Shown here: positions 31,401-39,589 of the stretch, piece by piece
How the letters are laid out: every line of letters begins with the position of its first letter
How positions within the stretch are numbered: the first letter of the stretch is position 1
NCBI GenBank assembly: GCA_963835455.1
Contig: CAWIFT010000003.1
Location: 949,583-1,013,582, forward strand
Length of the DNA stretch: 64,000 nucleotides
Direction: 5' to 3'
Source: an uncultured Actinomycetes bacterium
GTDB taxonomy: Bacteria > Actinomycetota > Acidimicrobiia > IMCC26256 > PALSA-610
The notes under the pieces: model-generated
What the model was told of the DNA's origin: nothing
The model's database searches: none
The model's input: the letters and a program-made list of their open reading frames with translations, nothing else
Program-made: the position numbers and the translations under genes

Positions 31401-31528
31401 GCCCCACCGGCCGCGGCTACTGGATGAGTGCGGCTGACGGTGGTGTCTTCAGTTTCGGTGACGCCGACTTCTTCCGCTGGCCCCGTCCGTTGACCCTCTC
31501 CCGGAGGATTCGCGGCATCAGCCGCTGA
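28427..31528 (+). CDS. secreted protein: signal peptide, 8 FN3-like domains, 6 'GYW' repeat units
   Basis: The ATG at 28427 gives [43 protein letters not shown]. Eight ~93-aa units carry a conserved Cys pair (SPITSYxAxCTSSxGG and KTYTCTVxAxNxxGxG). Six ~41-aa GYW units form the C-terminus. Confidence 0.85.
   Translation: [1033 protein letters not shown]
28551..30787 (+). repeat. eight tandem FN3-like coding repeats (~279 nt each)
   Basis: Recurrent [27 protein letters not shown]..G...G.SSPI.V..LT..KTYTC.V.A.N..G.GP.S blocks can be read directly from the translation. Confidence 0.85.
30788..31525 (+). repeat. six tandem 'GYW' repeat units (beta-propeller-like)
   Basis: The unit cores are [84 protein letters not shown] and [17 protein letters not shown]. 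They are linked by N.PIVG.A.T..G segments. Confidence 0.8.
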
Positions 31529-31670
31529 AAAGACAGAAACGACCCCCGCTTCATTGCGAAGGCCGTTCCTGTCGTACGCGTCCGAAGTCCGCTGAGGGGC
31601 GAACCGCACAAGGAATCGGTCTCCCGGGCCCTCCGACGTGAGTGTCCGTGACCACTGTCACAGACCCCGG

Positions 31671-33032
31671 TTACCGGACTGCGGCCAGGGCTACGGGCCG
31701 GGCGTGTTTGTCGGCGGGTTGTCCCCACTGCATCGCGTTGCCGAACGAGACGACCTGGCCGTCTGACAGGAGCATCCAGTAGCCCGCGCCGTGCGGGGTC
31801 TGGGCGAACGCGACCGCGGACGGGCCCGGGCACCAACCGGCGCCGGGGAGCGAACCGAGGAAGGGCGAGTCGCCGAAGCTGAACAACCCGCCGTCGCTCG
31901 CGAGGAGTCGGTAGCCGCCACCGCTGCTCGTGGCGATCATCGACGTCACGGGCGCCCGGAGCGTCATCGCGCCCGTCGATCCCCAGAAGTGGGCGTTGCC
32001 GAAGCTGAACACGCCCCCGTCCGAGGCCAGGAGCCAGTAGCCCGCGCCGCCGGGTGTCGACGCCATCGAGATGACGGGTGCGTTCAACGTCATCGCGCCC
32101 GTCGAGCCGTAGAAGTGCGCGTCGCCGAACGAGAAGATGCCGCCGTCGCGCGCGAGCAGCCAATACCCCTTGCCGTCGGTGGTCGGCGCGATGCCGAGGA
32201 TCGGTTGATTCAACGCGATCGAGTCGGCGCCGCCGTAGTCGTGCGCGTCACCGAACGCCTGCACGTCGCCGCGCGCGTCGACGGTCCAGTAACCGTTGCC
32301 GCTGGGTGTCGAGGTCAGCGCGACGTAGGGGTTGCCGGCGGACGCGGCGGGCGGGCTTCCGAACGTCGAGACCTTGCCGAAACCGAGCACCGTGCCGGTT
32401 GCTTCCAGGGTCCAAAAGCCCGCCCCCGCCGCGGCGCTGGGATGCGCGGTGGGATTCGTCGGGTAGCTGCACAGGCCGTTCGCCCCCGCGCCCTGTGCGA
32501 GCCGCAGCGACGTGTACGGGTCGATGAAGGTGTCGTCCGGACGGTGGAGCTCGAAGTGCAGGTGCGGATCGGTGGTCTCCGCCTCGCCGCTGTCACCCAT
32601 GTACGCGATGAACTGACCGCGCTTGACGTGCGCGCCGGTCGCGATGCCCGGCGCGAATCGCCAGCGCGCCGGGTTCTGGCCGTCGTCGGTGCCCGGCGTG
32701 TCGTTGTTGATGTGGATGTACCAGTACTTCCAGCCGTCGGTGCCGGTGAGGATGAGCATGTTGCCCGAGTGCCCGCTCGAGTCGGCGCGGACGAACGTGA
32801 TCGTCCCGTCGTTCGCGGCGAGCTCGTGATCGAGCTTCTTGCCCATCAGGTCGTTCCCGGGATGCTTGCGCACCCCGCCGAAGTCGTCGAAGTACGACAC
32901 CGTCTCCCGCACGGGGAACGTGAGCGGGTGGTACTCGGTGTGGTTCGGGGTGAACGCCGCGTGCGCGCCCGGCGACCCGGTCACGATCAGCGCCACGGTT
33001 ACGACCGCGACAACGAGCACTCGATGCTGCAC
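31671..33032 (-). CDS. secreted M23 family metallopeptidase with C-terminal six-unit 'GYW' repeat module
   Basis: I verified a GTG at 33032. The signal peptide is [27 protein letters not shown]. The M23 motifs are HPGND and HLHFEL. Six GYW units follow ([48 protein letters not shown]). The upstream part of the 918-aa ORF is antisense to the acyl-CoA dehydrogenase. Confidence 0.85.
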   Translation of the reverse strand: [453 protein letters not shown]

Positions 33033-33188
33033 AACGCCCCCTGGACTGCGTCTTTGCGACTCACCCGAACGAGTGAGTGCGCGACTCGCGCTCCGACCTA
33101 TCCATTCGGATACTGGGTGCGGGCTCTTGATGCGCGGGCGCTGGTATGCTGGCGTTACTGACCGGTAACTTGCTCTCTGGAGAGGGTC

Positions 33189-34412
33189 ATGACCGACTTC
33201 TCGCTCGATCTCAACGAAGACCAGCTGCAGATCCAGAAATGGGTCCACGATTTCGCAGCCGACGTCATCCGCCCGGCGGGTCCCGAATGGGACGAGAAGG
33301 AAGAGACGCCGTGGCCGATCATCGAGGAGGCCGCGCGCATCGGCCTCTACTCGTGGGAGTTCATCGCCAACTCCTTCGGCGACAAGACGGGCTTGACCCT
33401 CGCGCTCGTCTCGGAGGAGCTCTGCTGGGGTGACGCGGGCATCACGCTCGCCTTGCTCGGCACGACCCTCGGGGTGTCCGGCATCGTCGGGAGCGGAACG
33501 CCCGAGCAGATCGCCGAGTGGGTTCCGCAATGCTTCGGTACCCCCGAAGACATCCACATGGCCGCGTTCGCGGTGAGCGAACCGGACGCCGGTTCGGACG
33601 TCTCCGGGCTCCGGACGCGCGCGGTGTACGACGAGGCCAAGGACGAGTGGGTCATCAACGGCGCGAAGACCTGGATCACGAACGGCGGCATCACGAAGGT
33701 GCCGACGATCCACGTGGTGGTCGCGTCGGTCGACCCGGCACTGAAGAGCCGCGGTCACGCCGCGTTCATCGTGCCCGCCGGCACGGCCGGCGTGAGCATG
33801 GGTCAGAAGTTCAAGAAGATGGGCATTCGCGCGTCGCACACCGCCGAGGTCGTGTTCGACGACGTTCGCATCCCGGGTTCGTGTCTGCTCGGCGGCAAGG
33901 AAAAGCTCGACGCGCGTCTCGCGCGGGCGCGTGAGGGCGGCAGCTCGAAGGTGCAGGCCGCGATGAGCACGTTCGAAGCGTCGCGGCCGATGGTCGGCGC
34001 GCAGGCGCTCGGCATCGCGCGTGCCGCGTACGAGTACTCGCTCGACTACGCCAAGGAACGGCAGGCGTTCGGACGCCCGATCATCATGAACCAGGCGATC
34101 GCGTTCAAGCTCGCCGACATGAAGATGCACATCGACGCGGCCCGTCTGCTCGTGTGGCGCGCGTGCTGGATGGCCGCGAACGGCAAGCAGTTCACGGCCG
34201 GCGAAGGCTCGATGTCGAAGCTGTACGCGGGCGAGACCGCCGTGCGGGTGACCGAGGATGCGATCCAGGTGCTCGGCGGCGCGGGTTACGTGCGCGAACA
34301 CCCGGTGGAGCAGTGGCACCGCGACTCGAAGATCTACACGATCTTCGAGGGGACTTCGGAGATTCAGCGCCTGGTCGTCGCGCGCAGCATCTCCGGCCTG
34401 CACATTCCCTGA
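33189..34412 (+). CDS. acyl-CoA dehydrogenase
   Basis: 407 aa. FAVSEPDAGSDVSGLRTRA, WITNGG and a C-terminal YTIFEGTSEIQRLVVAR are present. Confidence 0.9.
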   Translation: MTDFSLDLNEDQLQIQKWVHDFAADVIRPAGPEWDEKEETPWPIIEEAARIGLYSWEFIANSFGDKTGLTLALVSEELCWGDAGITLALLGTTLGVSGIVGSGTPEQIAEWVPQCFGTPEDIHMAAFAVSEPDAGSDVSGLRTRAVYDEAKDEWVINGAKTWITNGGITKVPTIHVVVASVDPALKSRGHAAFIVPAGTAGVSMGQKFKKMGIRASHTAEVVFDDVRIPGSCLLGGKEKLDARLARAREGGSSKVQAAMSTFEASRPMVGAQALGIARAAYEYSLDYAKERQAFGRPIIMNQAIAFKLADMKMHIDAARLLVWRACWMAANGKQFTAGEGSMSKLYAGETAVRVTEDAIQVLGGAGYVREHPVEQWHRDSKIYTIFEGTSEIQRLVVARSISGLHIP

Positions 34413-34464
34413 TCGAGTCGGGACCACCCGTCATCATCGGACGAGACCCGTCTGGTTCCTCCGC

Positions 34465-34492
34465 TTGACGCATGCCGATATCGGAATATGAT
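34465..34492 (+). promoter_or_regulatory. putative sigma-70-type promoter with embedded palindrome (ArsR operator candidate)
   Basis: The promoter reads TTGACG(34465-70)-16nt-TATGAT(34487-92). The 10-bp palindrome CCGATATCGG (34475-84) sits in the spacer. The ATG at 34499 lies 7 nt after the -10 element, which implies a leaderless mRNA. Confidence 0.4.
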
Positions 34493-34498
34493 GGGGCC

Positions 34499-34843
34499 AT
34501 GGCGCGAGCGGCAACGACGTCGGACGTTTTCAACGCGATCGCCGAGCCGCAGCGCCGGGAGATCCTGGTGCTGCTCCGGACGGGTGAACGGCCGGTGACC
34601 GAGTTGGCCCACGAGCTGGGGATGACCCAGCCGGGGGCGTCCAAGCACCTGCGGGTGCTCCGGGAGGTCGGACTGGTGCGGGCCCGCAAGTCGGGCAAGC
34701 AATCTCTGTACGGCCTCGACGCCCGCGGGCTGCGACCGGTTCACGAGTGGACCGGCGGGTTCGAGCGGTTCTGGAACCAGAGCTTCGACCGGCTGGACGC
34801 GTACGTGCAGGATCTCGAGCAGGAAAGGCAGGGGAGGAGCTGA
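34499..34843 (+). CDS. ArsR/SmtB family transcriptional regulator
   Basis: MARAATTSDVFNAIAEPQRREILVLLRTGERPVTELAHELGMTQPGASKHLRVLREVGLV is ArsR-like. The ORF track starts at 34472, but 34499 fits the family N-terminus and the promoter geometry. Confidence 0.85.
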   Translation: MARAATTSDVFNAIAEPQRREILVLLRTGERPVTELAHELGMTQPGASKHLRVLREVGLVRARKSGKQSLYGLDARGLRPVHEWTGGFERFWNQSFDRLDAYVQDLEQERQGRS

Positions 34844-35349
34844 TGAGCGCGACGGAACGAGGAGCGCCGGCGACGGCCGAGTCCGGGACTCGCGAGATCG
34901 TGATCTCCCGGGTCATCAGTGCCCCACGGGATTTGGTGTTCGAGGCGTTCACCGAAGTCCGGCATCTGTCGCGGTGGTGGGGACCGGAGGGGTTCACCAC
35001 CACCACGCGGGCGTTCGAGTTCTGCGTCGGCGGGGAGTGGGAGTTCGTGATGCACGGACCGGACGGGACGGACTACCAGGAGTGGATCTCCTGGACGGAG
35101 ATCACCCCGCCAGAGCGGATCGCGCTGCTGCACGGCGAGTCCCGCGATGATCCGAACGCCTTCGAGTCGGTCATCACGTTCGCGTCCGACGGCGCCGCGA
35201 CCCGGATCGAGATGCGGACGGTGTTCCCCACCAAGGAGATGCGCGACGAGGTGGTCGAGAAGTACCACGCGATCGAGGGTGGCCAGCAGACCCTGAGCAA
35301 CCTGGCCGCCTACGTCACCGAGATCGTTCGGAAGGGAGCGGAGGGCTGA
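34843..35349 (+). CDS. SRPBCC (Aha1/START-like) domain protein
   Basis: The ATG at 34843 overlaps the ArsR stop by 1 nt. REIVISRVISAPRDLVFEAFTEVRHLSRWWGPEGFTT is present. Confidence 0.8.
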   Translation: MSATERGAPATAESGTREIVISRVISAPRDLVFEAFTEVRHLSRWWGPEGFTTTTRAFEFCVGGEWEFVMHGPDGTDYQEWISWTEITPPERIALLHGESRDDPNAFESVITFASDGAATRIEMRTVFPTKEMRDEVVEKYHAIEGGQQTLSNLAAYVTEIVRKGAEG

Positions 35350-35969
35350 TGGCCGGGAAGGTGTTCTTCAGCGTGTCGATGTCGCTCGACGGGTTCATCG
35401 CTCCCGCGTCCCTCGGCGAGTTGATGGGGCAGCAGTGGATGGAGCTGCAGCAGTGGATCTTCCCGCAGCGGTTCTTCCGGGAGAACCTGCAACTCGGCGA
35501 GGGCGGCGAGGAAGGGCGCGACAACGACATGGTGCGGGAGACGTTCGAGCGCACGGGCGCGAGCGTGATGGGCAAGCGCATGTTCGACGCCGGCGAGCAG
35601 GGGTGGCCGGAGGAGGCGCCGTTCCACACGCCGGTGTTCGTCGTGACGCACGAGAAGCGCGAACCCTGGGACCGGCCGGGCGGGACCACCTTCCACTTCG
35701 TCAACGACGGCATCGAGTCCGCGCTCGACCGAGCCCGCGCGGCCGCCGGCGACCGGGACGTCCGTATCGCGGGCGGCGGCGCGACGATCGTGGAGTACGT
35801 GAACGCGGGTCTGATCGACGAGTGCTCGATCGCGCTCTCACCTGTGCTGTTCGGCTCCGGGATCCGCCTGTTCGAAGGCGTGGACGCGGGCCGCGTGGCC
35901 CTGGACCCGGTCGGCACGGAGTCCTCCCCAAGGGTGACGCACCTGACCTACGCAGTCCGGGGGCGGTAA
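35349..35969 (+). CDS. dihydrofolate reductase family protein (RibD C-terminal domain-like)
   Basis: MAGKVFFSVSMSLDGFIA, VMGKRMFD and VRIAGGGATIVEYVNAGLIDE are present. The gene is coupled by 1 nt to the upstream gene. Confidence 0.8.
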   Translation: MAGKVFFSVSMSLDGFIAPASLGELMGQQWMELQQWIFPQRFFRENLQLGEGGEEGRDNDMVRETFERTGASVMGKRMFDAGEQGWPEEAPFHTPVFVVTHEKREPWDRPGGTTFHFVNDGIESALDRARAAAGDRDVRIAGGGATIVEYVNAGLIDECSIALSPVLFGSGIRLFEGVDAGRVALDPVGTESSPRVTHLTYAVRGR

Positions 35970-35989
35970 CTCTCGGAGGTTTGTCCGGC

Positions 35990-36466
35990 TCACGTGCCGT
36001 CGTATGCGGCGACGACGAGCAGCCACGCGCCGGAAACTGAGTAGACGCCGAGGAGCACCATCGCGACGGCGGCGACGTACAGCCCGACCGTCGAGTCCAA
36101 GACGAGCACCACGGAGCCGAGGAACAGCGCCGCGTAGAGCATCGTGCCGGTCAACGTGCGCAGCACGCTCAGCGTCGTCGGACTCCCACCCTCACTTCGG
36201 GCACGCAGATAGCCGTACACGTACACCGTCCCGGCAACGCTCGAGACGAGCAACCATTCGATGCCAACGGCGACGTGGTTCTGACTCCCCATCAACGCGA
36301 GCGCGCACATCACAAAGATTCCCGCGAAGTTGGACAGTGTGCCGATCGCGCGGTAGCGGTGCGTCGGGTCGGGGATGACGGCCCCGAGGTTGAGCGAGAG
36401 CGCCACGAAGACCAAACCGGTCAGTACCGCCGCGGCGCCGGCAACCGTGATGAAGAATCGTGCCAC
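35990..36466 (-). CDS. hypothetical integral membrane protein (4-5 TM)
   Basis: 158 aa and almost entirely hydrophobic helices (FFITVAGAAAVLTGLVFVALSL, FAGIFVMCALALMG, LLVSSVAGTVYVYGYL and others). Confidence 0.5.
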   Translation of the reverse strand: MARFFITVAGAAAVLTGLVFVALSLNLGAVIPDPTHRYRAIGTLSNFAGIFVMCALALMGSQNHVAVGIEWLLVSSVAGTVYVYGYLRARSEGGSPTTLSVLRTLTGTMLYAALFLGSVVLVLDSTVGLYVAAVAMVLLGVYSVSGAWLLVVAAYDGT

Positions 36467-36584
36467 TGATCCGGTCGAAAGGCGTCGGCCCCGAGCATGG
36501 CGAGATCGTACTGACGTGAGCTCGCAGCCGTGCCGTCTGCGCGATCACTCGGGGCGGACGGGAGCGCATTGCTCGCCGTCGCCG

Positions 36585-37922
36585 TCAGGTGCGCACGGAG
36601 AAGAGACGCCAAGTGCCCGGCACGCCTTTGAGTTCGTGTTCGCCGCGGTCTTCGAACTCGGTGCCGGACCCGGTGACCAGGTCGGTAACCGTCCTCGAGA
36701 CGAGCACCTCGTCTGCCGACGCTTTCGCTGCGACTCGGGCCCCGATGTGTACCGAGATGCCACCGATGTCCGCGCCGCGCGCTTCGACCTCACCGGTGTG
36801 CAATCCCACCCGGACCCCGATGCCGAGATTCCGAGCACTCGTGCAGATCGCTTTGCCGCACTCGATCGCCCGGCCGGGCGCATCGAACGTGGCGAGAAAA
36901 CCGTCGCCCGTCGTCGCAACTTCGCGACCTTGAAAGCGCTTCAGCTCCGACCTGACCATCCGGTCGTGCGCGTCGAGAAGTTCACGCCATGCCCGGTCTC
37001 CCAGCATGGTGGCAAGTCGGGTGGAGTCGACGATGTCCGTGAACAACACCGTTGCCAGAAATCGGTCGGGTGGCTGCGATGGACGCAGACCCGTTACGAA
37101 CTCCTCCAACACGTTCAAGATGTAACCGGCGTTTTCGGTCTGGGGCATCGCGTCGACGCCGGGCAGTTCGAGGAACCTCGCGCCGGGGATGCGTTCCGTC
37201 AACGCCCGGGCCGACTGAACGGTCTGCGATGCTCTGTGCGTGCGATGCATGACCAACGTCGGCACCCGAAGCGATGGCAGCACGAAGTTCATGTTCGTCC
37301 GGCCTGCGACGCGAGTTTGTGCGGCGATCGCTCGGGGTGTTGCCGTAGCCCTCATGTACTTGGCCCACCAGGCGGTCTGCACCGGATCGTGCGTGATACT
37401 GGGAGCCACGGCTTGTACGTATTCCTCCGTGCCCCAGAACTGCTCGTTGAAGTCTGCCGCGAAGTCCGCCCACTTCCCGTCCGGGTCGTCGTCGTAGCCC
37501 GGGGCGTTGCCCAAGGTGTTGAAGAGGACGAGAGCTCGGACCCGTTCGGGATGAGTCGCGGCGAAGCTGATGGCCATTTTTCCGCCGTCGGCAACGGCGA
37601 GCAACGCGGCCCGTTCCGAATGCGCGGCATCGAGGACGAGTGTGAGATCTTCGGCCCATTCTTCCCAGGTCGGAACCGCGCCGGTCGAGAGTCGGTCAGA
37701 GGCTCCTACTCCTCGCCGATCGAACACGATCAGCCGACTGAACGACGCAAGGCCCTCGAGAAAGCGGGCACTCGCCGCGTCCTCCCAGCGCATGTCGACG
37801 TTGCTGATCGTGCCGGTCAAGTAGACGAGGTCCAGCGGGCGATCACCAATGACTTGATACGCGACCTGAGTCCCGTCCGCCGACGCGACATATCTCGTCC
37901 TCGGTAGTTCGGTCACCGTCAC
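36585..37922 (-). CDS. alpha/beta-hydrolase domain fused to class III adenylate/guanylate cyclase domain (LipJ-like)
   Basis: I verified a GTG at 37922. The N-terminal hydrolase region contains VIGDRPLDLVYLTG and FDRRGVGASD. The C-terminal cyclase region contains ATVLFTDIVDSTRLA, GDGFLATFD and VGLHTGEVE. Confidence 0.85.
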   Translation of the reverse strand: MTVTELPRTRYVASADGTQVAYQVIGDRPLDLVYLTGTISNVDMRWEDAASARFLEGLASFSRLIVFDRRGVGASDRLSTGAVPTWEEWAEDLTLVLDAAHSERAALLAVADGGKMAISFAATHPERVRALVLFNTLGNAPGYDDDPDGKWADFAADFNEQFWGTEEYVQAVAPSITHDPVQTAWWAKYMRATATPRAIAAQTRVAGRTNMNFVLPSLRVPTLVMHRTHRASQTVQSARALTERIPGARFLELPGVDAMPQTENAGYILNVLEEFVTGLRPSQPPDRFLATVLFTDIVDSTRLATMLGDRAWRELLDAHDRMVRSELKRFQGREVATTGDGFLATFDAPGRAIECGKAICTSARNLGIGVRVGLHTGEVEARGADIGGISVHIGARVAAKASADEVLVSRTVTDLVTGSGTEFEDRGEHELKGVPGTWRLFSVRT

Positions 37923-37953
37923 AGTCTGACCTGGCGGTGAACAGTTGCGGCGG

Positions 37954-38433
37954 TCAGTCGAGGCGCTCAGCCAGCGCCACGATGATCCCTTCCGGACCAC
38001 GTACGTAGGCCATGAGCCAGGTGTTCTCGTATTGACCGACACCGCCGACGAGGCCGTATCCGTCGGCGGCAAGCTGATCAACCGCAGCTCGCAGGTCATC
38101 GACTTCGAATGCGACGCTTCGCAACCCGAGTTCGTTGGCCATGGCGGTCGGCGACCCCGGATCGTGGTCGGGTCGAATGAAGCTCGATAGCTCCACCGCC
38201 GTACCGCCACCAGGCGGACGAAGCATGACGATCTCGGTGCGGGAGTCAGGGATGCCGCAGACGGTGTCGATGAACTCGCCTTCGACGAACGTCCTGCCCT
38301 CGACCTGAAGCCCGAGACCAACGAAGAACGCCGCAGCGGCATCGAGGTCGGCCACGGTGATGCCGACATGATCGAACGCTCGGAGTTGACTCATCCAGAC
38401 TGGTCCTTCCCGGGCAGCGCGTTGTTGGAACAT
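37954..38433 (-). CDS. VOC (glyoxalase/bleomycin-resistance/dioxygenase) family protein
   Basis: FDHVGITVADLDAAAAFFVGLGL and GLRSVAFEVDDLRAAVDQL are present. The start may be the internal MSQLRAF at 38394. Confidence 0.75.
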   Translation of the reverse strand: MFQQRAAREGPVWMSQLRAFDHVGITVADLDAAAAFFVGLGLQVEGRTFVEGEFIDTVCGIPDSRTEIVMLRPPGGGTAVELSSFIRPDHDPGSPTAMANELGLRSVAFEVDDLRAAVDQLAADGYGLVGGVGQYENTWLMAYVRGPEGIIVALAERLD

Positions 38434-38651
38434 GGCTCACGAAGACGCGCCCAGATTGCTCGATCGCTCGCCCCTGCGGCGACTCCCGATCGGCGGTGAT
38501 GGACGGCGTCTGCGAAAGGCGCAGCGAGGCCCTCGGGCGGCGGCGCACCTTTGCGCCGATTGCGTTGCGCGCTCCCGGCTCCACCAGACCATGATGTCTC
38601 GCCTCAGCGGGCGAGTGCGACGAGTCATCGCAAGTTATGGCGCGCGACAGA

Positions 38652-38975
38652 TCAGTGCATCGCGGCGCGCTCGTCGCGCCGATATGCGATCACGAGCGCC
38701 GTTGTCGGCACCGTGACTATGAACGCGAGACCGAGCCAGATGTTGACCCACAGCGCGAGAACTGAAAGCGCTATTGCAAGAAGCGCCCCGAGAATCGACA
38801 GGACGAGGAACCTGATTCCCTCGGGTTTCCCTCGGATGAGCCCTACCGTCGTGAGAACGGCGAGATATGACAGCGTGATCACCGACCGGTGATCACGCAA
38901 CAACGGTACGAGGATGAAGAGCACGAGGACCCCGATTGCGAGGGTCCACTCGACGGCCCGACGCTGGGTCAGCAC
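38652..38975 (-). CDS. hypothetical small membrane protein (3 TM)
   Basis: 107 aa. Hydrophobic helices include WTLAIGVLVLFILVPLL, LSYLAVLTTVGLI and FLVLSILGALLAIALSVLALWVNIWLGLAFIV. It lies in a lower-G+C stretch. Confidence 0.45.
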   Translation of the reverse strand: MLTQRRAVEWTLAIGVLVLFILVPLLRDHRSVITLSYLAVLTTVGLIRGKPEGIRFLVLSILGALLAIALSVLALWVNIWLGLAFIVTVPTTALVIAYRRDERAAMH

Positions 38976-39103
38976 GCCTTAAGTATGACAGGGCGTCGTA
39001 TTCGACGGTAGGAGCAGACAACTCGCAGGTCTTCCGGCGAGGGCGCGAGATCCGGCAATCTGTGCGGCTCGGGATGCAAGTAGTCCGCACGTCGGAGCGC
39101 TCG

Positions 39104-39589
39104 CTAACGGCGGCGCAAGTGCTCGCGTCTGCGTTGCTGCGGAAGACGCGGCAGGAGGTCCGTTTCACTGGGGGTGATGCGGACCGGCGCGCCGGTGTTG
39201 ACCAGGCCAACCCGATGAGACGTTTGTGCAGGCGGCGCTGGACGAGGTGGTGATTCCGACAGAGGTTGAGCGTGCGGATCGCCGAAGAGATAGAGCTTCG
39301 GCGCGAGCGAAGGCCGCGGCTGAGGTGTCACAGTCGGTGGGTGCTGGCTCGGAGCAACCGACTGCTCTTGAGGTAGCGGCGCACCGGAGAGTTCCGCTGT
39401 CGGGACCTGCGCTTGTTCGGGAAGCCACTGTTGGGGCGGCCTCGCCGCACACGAAAGTGCCGATACGGTCGAGCGCAGCACCGTGTTCTCTTCGGAAAGA
39501 CGCCGCAAGATCGCGACGACGAACCCGAACGAGAAGCACACGACGCCCCACACCAACGCCGCGATGACGAGACCCATGAAGTGCTGCAT
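39104..39589 (-). CDS. hypothetical membrane-anchored Pro/Gln-rich protein
   Basis: 161 aa. The TM helix is GLVIAALVWGVVCFSFGFVVAIL, followed by low-complexity P/Q-rich sequence. A possible N-terminal extension is discussed in the findings. Confidence 0.4.
   Translation of the reverse strand: MQHFMGLVIAALVWGVVCFSFGFVVAILRRLSEENTVLRSTVSALSCAARPPQQWLPEQAQVPTAELSGAPLPQEQSVAPSQHPPTVTPQPRPSLAPKLYLFGDPHAQPLSESPPRPAPPAQTSHRVGLVNTGAPVRITPSETDLLPRLPQQRRREHLRRR

Noticed and set aside
28427-33032. Diversity-generating retroelement or other hypervariation mechanism acting on the repeat proteins
   Set aside because: I found no reverse transcriptase ORF and no non-coding template repeat matching a variable region anywhere in the window. 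The differences between units look like ordinary paralog divergence.
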